A DNA stretch of 64,000 bases, taken from positions 9,907 through 73,906 of the IMG/VR virus record IMGVR_UViG_3300022695_000133, one strand, 5' to 3'. The notes beneath the pieces were generated by a model. It did no database searches. It was not told the DNA's origin and saw only the letters and a list, made by a program, of their open reading frames with translations. Origin of the DNA: a virus. Position numbers and translations under genes: made by a program. Position 1 is the first letter of the stretch. Every line of letters begins with the position of its first letter. Below, one piece after another: positions 50,412-59,862 of this stretch.

Positions 50412-51502
50412 TTTATTTCTTTAATTTCAGGTATTTCTTTCCCATCAAAATCTGAGAAAGTTAAATTGGTTTTAGGGTGACCATAAAATGATACCCCAAG
50501 TTTGTATTTTTTATTATTAGATAATGGCTTAGTTTCATATTGGTAAACCCAAGGTTCATTGTAATCTATTGGTTTTTCTAAAATTTCTCCAGTATTTATG
50601 AAATTGGCTACAAATCTAATTCCGTTAACATCAAATGTAATTTCTATTTCATTATTGATATTTGACATAGACCCATGATTAATAAATTCAATAGTATCCT
50701 TATTAGTAGCTTTTGGATTTGGGTCTGGGGTTTCCTTTAATCTTTCGGGATGAAATGGTTTATTTCTTCTAGTAATTCTTTTGGGCTCTTTTGGTTTAGT
50801 TAATGGAATCACAACTGGTTCTTCTTCTAACATTTCTTTAATCATAGTTTTAATGTTTACCTTATTTACAAATATACCATTTTTGTTCGTAGATTCAAAA
50901 TTTAAATATTTATTTTCTTCCATTCCATTTTTTTTAACGCCTAAATATGGGTTTTGAAAGACAGTATTTTTTACACCCTCTTTCATCCCTAAATTTTCAT
51001 CATCTGATGTATTATCTGTATCATTGGTATTAGATTTTTCATAATTATCAGTTGAATCACCATTATCAGAATGCTCAGTTGAAGATGATTTTACTTTATT
51101 AATAATGTCGTTTTGGTCTTTGGCATCCATCTCACTAGAATTTGTTGCCGATAATATAGAATTTATTGCAAACTTTTCTAAATCAAAATTTGGTTCACCA
51201 TTTTCTTTAGTATATTGTCTAAGACTTTGGCCCAATTTACCAGATAATTGTTGTATGAATTTTTCAGGATTATTATCTTCACTGGCTTCTACGCCAGCAT
51301 CAAAAGGAGTGTCGTCAAATGGCTTATCATTTGGCTTATTTTCCTTACTTTTTAATGGGTTTATCTTATCACTAATACTATCCCCATTTCCATCATCTTC
51401 TGGAAATAAATCATTATTAGATTGGTCAATTGAAGTTGAAGCGTTATTAAGTTTTAATTTATATTTGGTTTCTTGTAAATTATTATCAGATTTTAATTTT
51501 TT
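50408..51502 (-). CDS. Downstream (-1 frame) part of a frameshifted gene
   Basis: Frame open from the A11 run at 51507-51497 to 50408, with no start codon for ~89 codons before TTG 51235. Confidence 0.65.
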   Translation of the reverse strand, partial: KKLKSDNNLQETKYKLKLNNASTSIDQSNNDLFPEDDGNGDSISDKINPLKSKENKPNDKPFDDTPFDAGVEASEDNNPEKFIQQLSGKLGQSLRQYTKENGEPNFDLEKFAINSILSATNSSEMDAKDQNDIINKVKSSSTEHSDNGDSTDNYEKSNTNDTDNTSDDENLGMKEGVKNTVFQNPYLGVKKNGMEENKYLNFESTNKNGIFVNKVNIKTMIKEMLEEEPVVIPLTKPKEPKRITRRNKPFHPERLKETPDPNPKATNKDTIEFINHGSMSNINNEIEITFDVNGIRFVANFINTGEILEKPIDYNEPWVYQYETKPLSNNKKYKLGVSFYGHPKTNLTFSDFDGKEIPEIKEIK

Positions 51503-52455
51503 TTTTTAGAATAATACCCCTTATTTATATTTTCTAAAGCTGTCATAATTTTTAAACCACCCCCAACAATAGTACTTTCATTTACTGTGTGTTTTTTAAT
51601 ACCCAAAATAATGTTATCTACTGCTTTCTCATTTTCACTTAAATTAGATTCAGAAACTTTATTTTTAGGCCACCCTTCTTTTGCCCTTATTGCAAAATTT
51701 AATTGTTTCTCTTTTTTAGTGATGTTTTCAGGAATCTTATCTCCTTTATCTTTATATTTTTTACTCTGGGTTTTAATATTATTTAACTCTTTTTTTAATT
51801 CTTCTATTGTTTTGTCAGAATTTTCTCCAGTGTTATTTATTTTAGCATTAGAATCCCATTTTTCATCTATAGAATTATTTTCTTGAATATTATCATCAAT
51901 TTCATCATCATCCTCTTTAACGATTGGTATACTCTTATTTTTTTCTTCATATTCCCCAGCATCATCAATTATTTCTGTATCATGCCCTTCATTTCCACCA
52001 ATACTTTTAACTGTACCCATTAAAGCATCTGGTTGACTTGGTTTAGGGTCTTCACAATATGATTTAAATTCTTCAGATATTAAATCATCATTTTTAAGTA
52101 TATTTATCTTATTTTTAATCCCTAATGATTCATTTAGCCCAATAAATTTAAGATTTAATTGTTTTGCTGCCTTTGAATAGCTATGGTATTCACCCTCACT
52201 AATATTACTAAGCCCACCGATATATTTAAAATCGTCAACACTTAAATTATCTTTATTAATCGCCGTTTTAATGAAATATTGATGATTTTCTCTGACAATA
52301 CCATATATTTTTCCATCAGGACCTAATTTAGTTAGCTCTAGAACTGAATGGGTTTTATTTTCATTAATAGGTGATTTCCCCATTAACTCTATCATTCTAT
52401 CTATTTGGTCATTACCTTTTAAACCGATTGGTCTAATATTAGTCTGTTTTTTCAT
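51493..52455 (-). CDS. Upstream part of a frameshifted gene (acidic, possible internal head protein)
   Basis: 320 aa ending SKKKN* on the A11 run. Confidence 0.8.
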   Translation of the reverse strand: MKKQTNIRPIGLKGNDQIDRMIELMGKSPINENKTHSVLELTKLGPDGKIYGIVRENHQYFIKTAINKDNLSVDDFKYIGGLSNISEGEYHSYSKAAKQLNLKFIGLNESLGIKNKINILKNDDLISEEFKSYCEDPKPSQPDALMGTVKSIGGNEGHDTEIIDDAGEYEEKNKSIPIVKEDDDEIDDNIQENNSIDEKWDSNAKINNTGENSDKTIEELKKELNNIKTQSKKYKDKGDKIPENITKKEKQLNFAIRAKEGWPKNKVSESNLSENEKAVDNIILGIKKHTVNESTIVGGGLKIMTALENINKGYYSKKKN

Positions 52456-52461
52456 TTTTAT

Positions 52462-52686
52462 TTATATTATTTTTGGTACTTTTATTTTTTTATGTCCAAT
52501 AACATAAACATTAGCAGCCCCACTAATGGAATACAGCATAATGTCTATTGGGTTACCTGGTGCAATATTAACTACAACACCATTTATGGTAACATTAGTG
52601 GGCGTAGACCCACCACAATAAACTTGAGTATATGTATAAGCACTAAAATTAGCATTTGATGAAGCATGAATAACTCTATTGTCCAT
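52462..52686 (-). CDS. Small hypothetical (likely virion) protein
   Basis: 74 aa; ATATTTATA at 52709-52701. Confidence 0.7.
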   Translation of the reverse strand: MDNRVIHASSNANFSAYTYTQVYCGGSTPTNVTINGVVVNIAPGNPIDIMLYSISGAANVYVIGHKKIKVPKII

Positions 52687-52777
52687 TTTTTATCTTTTTT
52701 TATAAATATACTTTAAAAGATAAAAAAACAATTATCTATTTGATTTAAAAATTGTAGAATGCCTTTATTATTAATAA

Positions 52778-53329
52778 TTATTTTTTATAAGTGATACCAA
52801 TTACGCCATTTTTATAAAATCTAGTGGATACTTCATTAACAATTTTAATTTTTCTTGACGGTATGACATCATTGCTTATGCGTAAAACTTTATTATCATG
52901 CTCATATTTACTATTCATTAAAAAACTAGAAGTAGTTTCACAACCATCTGAAAATTGTTCATGTATATATTCATTTTTTAGCAACTGTTTATCGTTTAAA
53001 TTAACCTCAAGTAAAATATAGTCCTCTTCTTCCCCAAATAATTTAGTTCCCAATTCTTTAAAATTAGGCCATGGTAAATTATGCAAATCACTAAATTCGC
53101 ATAATAAATTTCTAGGATGTAAAAAATGTCGACAATAAATAAAGTCTTTTATTATTTTATCAGTATTGGGTGTTTTGTTTGGGTCCCATAAATATACGAC
53201 ACCATCACCAATTAACCCATCTTCATTAAAGGTGTCTAAATGTTGGGGCAATTTGACTTTAGAGGGTAATAAGCCATATTTAATAATACTTTTATAATTT
53301 CGTTTTGGCGTTAAATGTAATAAATTCAT
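52778..53329 (-). CDS. ADP-ribosyltransferase-fold-like protein
   Basis: LLHLTPKRNYKSIIKYGLLP ... VVYLW resembles the H-x-T...N..SI...GL start of Tpt1/DarT-like ARTs. Confidence 0.5.
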   Translation of the reverse strand: MNLLHLTPKRNYKSIIKYGLLPSKVKLPQHLDTFNEDGLIGDGVVYLWDPNKTPNTDKIIKDFIYCRHFLHPRNLLCEFSDLHNLPWPNFKELGTKLFGEEEDYILLEVNLNDKQLLKNEYIHEQFSDGCETTSSFLMNSKYEHDNKVLRISNDVIPSRKIKIVNEVSTRFYKNGVIGITYKK

Positions 53330-53332
53330 TAG

Positions 53333-53656
53333 TTATTTTTTTATTACATATAACACACATGAAATTTTAGTTGTGTTATTGATAGGGTCTTCATATGTTT
53401 CAAAACTAGCAACATTATCATTAATAATATTATTTAAAATTTTATTAATCATCCCATTTTTAATATCAGATATGATTTTAGTTTTATCGTGGCTTAATTT
53501 TAAATAATGAATATCATTATTATTTAAAACTGAATCAGCTCGATATTCTATAGGTTTAGCATATGAAGTAACTATTTTATGATATTTAATATTATCATTA
53601 ATACCAGCCAAATTGCAGAGCTTTAATAGAAGATTTTTATAATATTTTTTTATCAT
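53333..53656 (-). CDS. Hypothetical protein
   Basis: 107-aa ORF. Confidence 0.7.
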   Translation of the reverse strand: MIKKYYKNLLLKLCNLAGINDNIKYHKIVTSYAKPIEYRADSVLNNNDIHYLKLSHDKTKIISDIKNGMINKILNNIINDNVASFETYEDPINNTTKISCVLYVIKK

Positions 53657-53664
53657 ATTCTTGC

Positions 53665-54072
53665 TTAAATTAATTTAGTTAGTAATTTAATGAAATATTT
53701 GATATCATTAACATCTGAGAATTTATCGCTAATTATTTTTTCATATATAATTTTTATTTCATCTTTAGTGCGCTTTATATTAGATTTATTTATTACGTTT
53801 AACTCTTCCTTAATCAAGTCAGTATTTATTTTTTCATAAAATTCAGCTCTATATTTTGGCTTTATAATAGAATTTAAAAATTTTCCTTGGCTATCCGAAG
53901 TTTCAAATGTAACATAATCAATAAGAGAAACATCAAAATACTTATATTTAGCCCCAGATGAAAATACAATTTCCAAAATATTATTTAGTTTATTATATGT
54001 GGACGATAATATATTAGATGAATTATAGTACCCATTAATTGTTTTTTCATTTTCAGTTCTTTCTTTTATCAT
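53665..54072 (-). CDS. KTSC-domain protein
   Basis: SSNILSSTYN...LEIVFSSGAKYKYFDV...SQGKFLNSIIK. Confidence 0.85.
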   Translation of the reverse strand: MIKERTENEKTINGYYNSSNILSSTYNKLNNILEIVFSSGAKYKYFDVSLIDYVTFETSDSQGKFLNSIIKPKYRAEFYEKINTDLIKEELNVINKSNIKRTKDEIKIIYEKIISDKFSDVNDIKYFIKLLTKLI

Positions 54073-54084
54073 AATTTTTTATTA

Positions 54085-54146
54085 CAAAAATACGTAAAAA
54101 AAAATGAAAAAACAACTTGTTTATCTTAAAAAAAATCATATATTTG
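54085..54146. promoter_or_regulatory. Divergent Bacteroidota-type -7 boxes
   Basis: TATTTTTG on - (54092-54085) before KTSC; TATATTTG on + (54139-54146) 4 nt before the clpC ATG. Confidence 0.6.
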
Positions 54147-54150
54147 CATT

Positions 54151-54930
54151 ATGAAATTTAAGGCTAGCGCCAAAGTAAAGTCTATTTTTACTAATGCTTT
54201 AGAAGAAGTAAAAAATTATGATGACACAAAATTAAATCCAACGCATTTATTGATATCAATAATTATTGATGGTAATAATGATGTTATTAACATTCTTAAT
54301 AAATGTAAAATTGATATTAATAAACTATTTAATTCTGGGACTTTATTTTTAGGTACTAATAATTTAACCAGTAAAAGGCCATATACAACTAACACCCATT
54401 TAAGTGCTACTGATACCGTTAATCGAATCATGAAGCAAATTAACATTGAATGTGAATTGCTAGGTAATAAAAAAATAAATGAATTACATTTAATGTTATC
54501 AATTTTAAAGAGTAATTCATACGCAAAAAAATTACTAAATAAATTTAATATAAATTATCTTAATTTTAAAAATAATATTATGGAAAAAGAATTTGAAGAA
54601 GAAATGGATAGAGTTAACTCAGAAAATAATCAAAAACCAGCTAAGTCTAATAAAAATATGAAAACCCCAATTTTAGATAAATTTTGTAATAATATATCAA
54701 AAGCAGTTGAAGATGGTAAAATAGACCCAATTATTGGGCGTGATAAAGAAATAAAAAGACTTAGTTCGATTTTATCTAGACGTAAAAAAAACAACCCAGT
54801 ATTAATTGGTTTACCAGGCGTTGGAAAATGTGTTTGTTCTGACACAGAAGTAATTATCAGAAATGATTTAACTGGTAAAATAAGAAAAACTACAATAAAA
54901 GAAGTCTTAAAAATGTTTCCAAACACATAG
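54151..54930 (+). CDS. clpC: ClpC N-part (Clp_N domain + D1 to Walker A Lys) fused to a 33-aa N-intein
   Basis: GKIDPIIGRDKEIKR...RRKKNNPVLIGLPGVGK|CVCSDTEVIIRN...; IntN at 54829-54927. Confidence 0.92.
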   Translation: MKFKASAKVKSIFTNALEEVKNYDDTKLNPTHLLISIIIDGNNDVINILNKCKIDINKLFNSGTLFLGTNNLTSKRPYTTNTHLSATDTVNRIMKQINIECELLGNKKINELHLMLSILKSNSYAKKLLNKFNINYLNFKNNIMEKEFEEEMDRVNSENNQKPAKSNKNMKTPILDKFCNNISKAVEDGKIDPIIGRDKEIKRLSSILSRRKKNNPVLIGLPGVGKCVCSDTEVIIRNDLTGKIRKTTIKEVLKMFPNT

Positions 54931-54979
54931 AAAGTATTTCAATAAATTTTATTATGAAAAAAATTATAAAAAATAAAAT

Positions 54980-57154
54980 ATGAAAAATTTAAAAAAAATA
55001 ATAAAATCATTCGATATGAGTGATTATAGTATACTAACTGATAGTGGGTTTGAAAAGTTAAATAAACTCCATAAAACAGTACCATATGAGGTATATCACC
55101 TTAAATTATCTAATGGTAAAGAACTTAAATGCGCTGATAATCATGTTGTATTTCAATTTGAAAATGATGAATTAACTGAAGTTTTTGTTAAAGATTTAAC
55201 TAAAGATTCGTTAATTGTTTCAAATAATAAAATAACTAATTCATTATCTAAATCTGAACTTATATCGTTAACCGATTTAAGATATAAAGAAAATATGTAT
55301 GATTTCGAATTGAGTGAAAGTGCAAATAAAAGATACTATACAAATGACATTTTATCCCATAATACAGCAATAATTGAAGGGTTGGCAACTTTAATTTATG
55401 AAGAAGAGTCTCCATTGCCATTATTAGATAAAAAAATATATTCATTAAACCTATCTTTAATTGTAGCTGGAACCAAATATAGGGGCCAGTTTGAAGAAAG
55501 AATGAAAATTATATTATCTGAATTAAAAAATAACCCGAATGTTATCTTATTTATTGACGAATTACACACTATTGTTGGCGCTGGAAATAGCACTGGTTCT
55601 TTGGATGCATCAAATATATTAAAACCAGCCTTAGCCAGAGGTGAAATTCAAATTATTGGCGCAACTACATTAGATGAATATCGAGAAAATATAGAAAAAG
55701 ATGGGGCATTAACTAGAAGATTCCAAGAAATATTGGTTGAGGAACCCACATTGCCAGAAACTATAATAATTCTTAATAAAATAAAAGAAAATTATGAGGC
55801 GTATCACAATGTTATATATTCGGATGAAATTATTAATGAAATCGCCAAGTTAAGCGATAGATATATCTCAGGTAGAGCTATGCCAGATAAAGCAATTGAT
55901 GTCTTAGATGAAGTTGGGGCATCAACTAATGTAATAATGGGCTATCCAGAAGAAATCACTAATATAAAATTAAAAATAAAAGAATTAAATGAGAAAAAAT
56001 TAAAGATAATAACTGAGCAACGTTATGAAGAGGCAGCCCTAATTAGAGATGAGGAAGATACTTTAAAACATAATCTAAATAAGAAGACAAAGTTATGGAA
56101 TGATAAAAATAAAAATAATCCAACTAAAATTACATTGGATATGGTTGCAGCATCAATGTCAATTATTACTGGAATTCCTTTAAATAAATTAACAGTGTCA
56201 GAAAATAATACTTTGAAAAATCTTGAATTAGATTTGAAAAAAATAATAATTGGGCAAGACGAAGCCATAAATAAAGTATCTAAGGCAATAAAACGTAGTA
56301 GGCTAGGTATTAAAAACAAAAAATCACCAATTGCTAGTTTTTTATTTTTAGGAAATTCTGGAGTAGGTAAAACATTTTTGTCTAAAGTTTTGGCTGATAA
56401 AGTATTTGGAGATTCAGATGCTTTAATAACAATTAATATGGGTGAATATATGGAAAAACATGCAATGTCAAAAATGATTGGGGCGCCTCCAGGTTATGTT
56501 GGATATGGAGAAGGTGGAAAATTGACCGAACCAGTTAGAAAAAAACCATATTGTGTTATTTTATTTGATGAAATAGAAAAAGCCCACCCAGATATGTTTA
56601 ATTTACTTTTACAACTATTAGATGAAGGAAGTTTAACCGATAGTAATGGCAGAAAAGTGGATTTTAAAAATACCTTGATTATTATGACTTCAAATATTGG
56701 GTCAATGGAAGTATCTAAGTTTGGTGAGAGTATTGGATATAGCAGCCAAAATAGTAGAATTATTGATGCACAAAAAAGAGCCAAAAATATTATAAAAAAA
56801 GCGTTAAAAAATAAATTTAGACCAGAATTTATAAATAGAATTGACGATATGATAATATTTAATTCATTAACTACTGAAAACATATTAGAAATTGTTAATA
56901 ATGAATTGAATTTGGTTAAAGAGCACATTAACGAACTAGGGTATGAACTAGATGTCACTAAATCAGCACGCAAATTTATTGCCAAAGAAGGTTATGATAA
57001 AGAATTTGGTGCTAGACCATTAACCAGGGCAATTCAAAAATATGTTGAAGATGTAATAGCCGACGAAATTATGAATGGTAACCTTAATAATGAAACTAAT
57101 AAAATTAAAATTAATTATACATTAAATAATGGAATAAAAGCTATAATTAACTAA
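54980..57154 (+). CDS. clpC: 128-aa C-intein fused to ClpC C-part (rest of D1, M coil, D2)
   Basis: CADNH (block B), MYDFEL (block F), ILSHN|TAIIEGLA; FIDELHTIVGAG, GNSGVGKT, GAPPGYVGY, LFDEIEKAHP, FGARPL; IntC at 54980-55363. Confidence 0.93.
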   Translation: MKNLKKIIKSFDMSDYSILTDSGFEKLNKLHKTVPYEVYHLKLSNGKELKCADNHVVFQFENDELTEVFVKDLTKDSLIVSNNKITNSLSKSELISLTDLRYKENMYDFELSESANKRYYTNDILSHNTAIIEGLATLIYEEESPLPLLDKKIYSLNLSLIVAGTKYRGQFEERMKIILSELKNNPNVILFIDELHTIVGAGNSTGSLDASNILKPALARGEIQIIGATTLDEYRENIEKDGALTRRFQEILVEEPTLPETIIILNKIKENYEAYHNVIYSDEIINEIAKLSDRYISGRAMPDKAIDVLDEVGASTNVIMGYPEEITNIKLKIKELNEKKLKIITEQRYEEAALIRDEEDTLKHNLNKKTKLWNDKNKNNPTKITLDMVAASMSIITGIPLNKLTVSENNTLKNLELDLKKIIIGQDEAINKVSKAIKRSRLGIKNKKSPIASFLFLGNSGVGKTFLSKVLADKVFGDSDALITINMGEYMEKHAMSKMIGAPPGYVGYGEGGKLTEPVRKKPYCVILFDEIEKAHPDMFNLLLQLLDEGSLTDSNGRKVDFKNTLIIMTSNIGSMEVSKFGESIGYSSQNSRIIDAQKRAKNIIKKALKNKFRPEFINRIDDMIIFNSLTTENILEIVNNELNLVKEHINELGYELDVTKSARKFIAKEGYDKEFGARPLTRAIQKYVEDVIADEIMNGNLNNETNKIKINYTLNNGIKAIIN

Positions 57155-57174
57155 ATATTTTTTTTAAGAAACTG

Positions 57175-57200
57175 AAATCCCTCTCAATGAGGGATTTTTT
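57175..57200 (+). terminator. Intrinsic terminator after clpC
   Basis: AAATCCCTC-TCAAT-GAGGGATTT plus T run. Confidence 0.85.
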
Positions 57201-57214
57201 CATATTTAAAACAT

Positions 57215-57910
57215 GTGATGAATTGCTTAATTAAAAAAATACTAAGAGAAGAATTAAATAAAATTATAATAGAAACTAATAATTTTTGGTTTCACGGAAC
57301 CCCAGACGTCAGAGAAATTGAAAAAAACTCTGGTTTTACTAATAGAAAAACATCGATAGATTATATTAAAGATATTCCAAAATATTATGAATTACAACGT
57401 AAATTAAAAATTTCACGAGAAAATAATAATGATGATGAATATTTTAAATATTTAGATTTAGTTCCGAAATATAAAGGACGCTTCACTTTCACATCTCCAA
57501 TTTTCTTAAGTAATAAGAGTAATGTAGCTAAAACATATGCTGACCCAAAAAGAAGTTTTGATTACCAAAATGCAGTATCTAAACTTATTAAAGTTACCGT
57601 GAAAAAAGGTAAAAGTGTTGAAATAATAGCACATGGTGACAGATTTAGATTTATAAATGTGGATAAGGTAAAAAAAGGGTTCGTGGATGGTGGAATTAAT
57701 GGAAATGAATTTAATGAAGTATTAAGTAGAATCAATTTCTATAATTTAAATAAAAATGGTATAAGAACAGAAATTATTGCAGCTTTGGGACAATGGTTTA
57801 ATTTTGATTATATAGATGTGATAGGTGCGCTAGATTCATATAATGGGGGAGTAATAGAATCAACTATTAGAATTATTTTAAATCCTAATACCATATCAAT
57901 AGTTAAATAG
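57215..57910 (+). CDS. ADP-ribosyltransferase-like protein
   Basis: FWFHGT ... PIFLSNKSNVAKTYA (HGT / F.S....A..YA pattern). Confidence 0.55.
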   Translation: MMNCLIKKILREELNKIIIETNNFWFHGTPDVREIEKNSGFTNRKTSIDYIKDIPKYYELQRKLKISRENNNDDEYFKYLDLVPKYKGRFTFTSPIFLSNKSNVAKTYADPKRSFDYQNAVSKLIKVTVKKGKSVEIIAHGDRFRFINVDKVKKGFVDGGINGNEFNEVLSRINFYNLNKNGIRTEIIAALGQWFNFDYIDVIGALDSYNGGVIESTIRIILNPNTISIVK

Positions 57911-57953
57911 AATTAATTAGTAACTATTTAAAAATATAAATATATTTAATATT

Positions 57954-58607
57954 ATGCCATATATCTATAAAAAAATAGGAAATAAAACTTGTGTATTCAA
58001 AAAAAATACAAAAAAATTAGTGGGCTGTACCAAAGGTAATATTAAAAAATATTTAAATGCATTATATGTAAATGAATCAATAAATGAAGAAAGTGCAGAT
58101 AAAATTGATTACATTAAAATGGATATTCCGTTATTCATACGCATGCTAGAGTTTGCAAGAGAAGATGCCAAGACAGATTTGGACTTACACTATGCAACAG
58201 AAAAATCAACAAAATTAACTAAGGAATTTGGAATCTTATCAATGGTTAATTATGATGATATTGTTCCAAATCATAATAAGACAATTAAAGAAGAAACAAA
58301 TTTAAATGTTACTGACGAATCACCAGATAGCATAACTGTAGTTGCAACATACAATAATAGAAATGCTGGACTTATATTACTAGCTAAAACTGAAAAAAGT
58401 GATACATTGGAGATAATAGGTATACGATTTTTGAAAGAATATCAAACATTGTTTATTATAAACGAAACAATTAAACAATTATTTTCAACCTTTAAAAATG
58501 TTAATCATTTTAAATTATCACCCAAACCAGATTCAATAGAATTTTGGAATAAATTAGGTTTCCAACGAATATCTAAACATTATTTAGTTCTAAATAAGGG
58601 TCACTAA
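57954..58607 (+). CDS. Hypothetical protein with C-terminal GNAT-like segment
   Basis: AGLILL ... SIEFWNKLGFQ (FW.K.GF). Confidence 0.5.
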   Translation: MPYIYKKIGNKTCVFKKNTKKLVGCTKGNIKKYLNALYVNESINEESADKIDYIKMDIPLFIRMLEFAREDAKTDLDLHYATEKSTKLTKEFGILSMVNYDDIVPNHNKTIKEETNLNVTDESPDSITVVATYNNRNAGLILLAKTEKSDTLEIIGIRFLKEYQTLFIINETIKQLFSTFKNVNHFKLSPKPDSIEFWNKLGFQRISKHYLVLNKGH

Positions 58608-58705
58608 ACTATTCTATTTTATCATTTAAAGAGAAGGTGAATTGGATTAATTATGTAGATAGCATAATAATAATGATAATAATTGTTTTTGTTAAATATT
58701 TTTAA

Positions 58706-58713
58706 TATATTTG
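58706..58713 (+). promoter_or_regulatory. Bacteroidota-type -7 box heading the small-ORF array
   Basis: TATATTTG 23 nt upstream of ATG 58737. Confidence 0.55.
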
Positions 58714-58736
58714 CATTATCTTTATATTAAAATATT

Positions 58737-59081
58737 ATGGACAAACAAGATAAATGCGTAGAAAAAGAATCTAAGAGTGCATCTAAAATAAGCAAACCTA
58801 ACTTTAGTTGGGATGATGATAAAGTTGCGGAAGTATCAAGGTTAGTGTGGGAGCATAGGAATTCATCCGAAATATGGACGGAGGATTTAACCGCAGAATT
58901 AGTTATTATTAGGAAATATAAAATTGAAAAAGCACTATCTTACCTCAAAGCTGATTTAATAATTTCAAATATCGATAATAATACAAATAATGTTATAGTT
59001 GATGGGAAAAAATTAAATGAACTTATAAAATATTTGACAAACTATCAAGCGGAATTGCATGGAGCTTTTATAGGTCAGTAA
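58737..59081 (+). CDS. Hypothetical protein
   Basis: 114 aa; stop abuts the first repeat arm. Confidence 0.7.
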   Translation: MDKQDKCVEKESKSASKISKPNFSWDDDKVAEVSRLVWEHRNSSEIWTEDLTAELVIIRKYKIEKALSYLKADLIISNIDNNTNNVIVDGKKLNELIKYLTNYQAELHGAFIGQ

Positions 59082-59090
59082 TAACGGTTT

Positions 59091-59273
59091 GTGGGTGGAA
59101 GATTTATTGGGGCTTATTTACCTGAATTTTTAGATGAAGAAGGGTTACAAACATTTATAGTGTGTCAGAATGCAAAATGCAATAAATGTGGGAAGGAAAT
59201 ACAATATAAATACCAAATAAAAGGCGACCATAATTTAACGCACGAAGCTGTTGAAAAATATTATTGTGGCTAA
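59091..59273 (+). CDS. Small Cys-rich hypothetical protein
   Basis: CQNAKCNKCG; stop TAA lies in the GGCTAAC box. Confidence 0.5.
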   Translation: MGGRFIGAYLPEFLDEEGLQTFIVCQNAKCNKCGKEIQYKYQIKGDHNLTHEAVEKYYCG

Positions 59274-59400
59274 CAATTAATAAGAATAGTGGCCGACTTT
59301 GAAATACAAATTTTGAATTAATAAATATAATTTTCAACATAGATAATAGCTTAAATAAACTGCTTAACTAGGCTATTATTCTTATTAATTGTTAGGCACA
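59265..59400 (+). repeat. Best attC-like site: 30-bp arms (27/30), GGCTAAC ... GTTAGGC
   Basis: TGTGGCTAACAATTAATAAGAATAGTGGCC vs reverse complement of right arm TGTGCCTAACAATTAATAAGAATAATAGCC; 76-nt spacer. Confidence 0.85.
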
Positions 59401-59406
59401 GTTATT

Positions 59407-59643
59407 ATGAAAAAAAAGTTTTTGGAAATTTTAAAAGAGTTGGAATTTGAACTAATTAGATACAAACACTGGAAACCAAATTTTGATTGGAATAATTATG
59501 AAATAGAGTACAAGAATAATGATGGTGAAACTTTTTTGTGGGATTGGGAAATAGACATTTGGGATAAAGACGAAGATAGTATTACTAATAATATTGGAGC
59601 ATTGAAATATTTTAGAAAGTGTGTGATGGCTAATTATACCTAA
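59407..59643 (+). CDS. Hypothetical protein
   Basis: ATG 59407; stop TAA lies in the ACCTAAC box. Confidence 0.65.
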   Translation: MKKKFLEILKELEFELIRYKHWKPNFDWNNYEIEYKNNDGETFLWDWEIDIWDKDEDSITNNIGALKYFRKCVMANYT

Positions 59644-59697
59644 CGAATAGTACAAGAGCTGTACGGAATTGAAAAATAATTATTAATTAAATAAATT

Positions 59698-59862
59698 ATG
59701 GCTAAAAGAGCTAAAAGAGCAAATATTTATTATGTAGAAACAAAAGGAACATATAGTAAAGTAGAGCAAATAGGAATAGGTATAAATAAAAACGTAACAA
59801 GATTTTTATGTGATAGTTGTAAGAATGAAGTAATAGTAAATGAAACTATTGACTTAGTATAG
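59698..59862 (+). CDS. Small hypothetical protein (54 aa) inside a repeat loop
   Basis: MAKRAKRANIYYVETKG...CDSCKNEVIVNETIDLV*. Confidence 0.55.
   Translation: MAKRAKRANIYYVETKGTYSKVEQIGIGINKNVTRFLCDSCKNEVIVNETIDLV

Noticed and set aside
51105-51509. 134-aa + strand ORF filling the gap
   Set aside because: Ser/Leu/Phe-rich antisense shadow of the open -1 frame on the minus strand.
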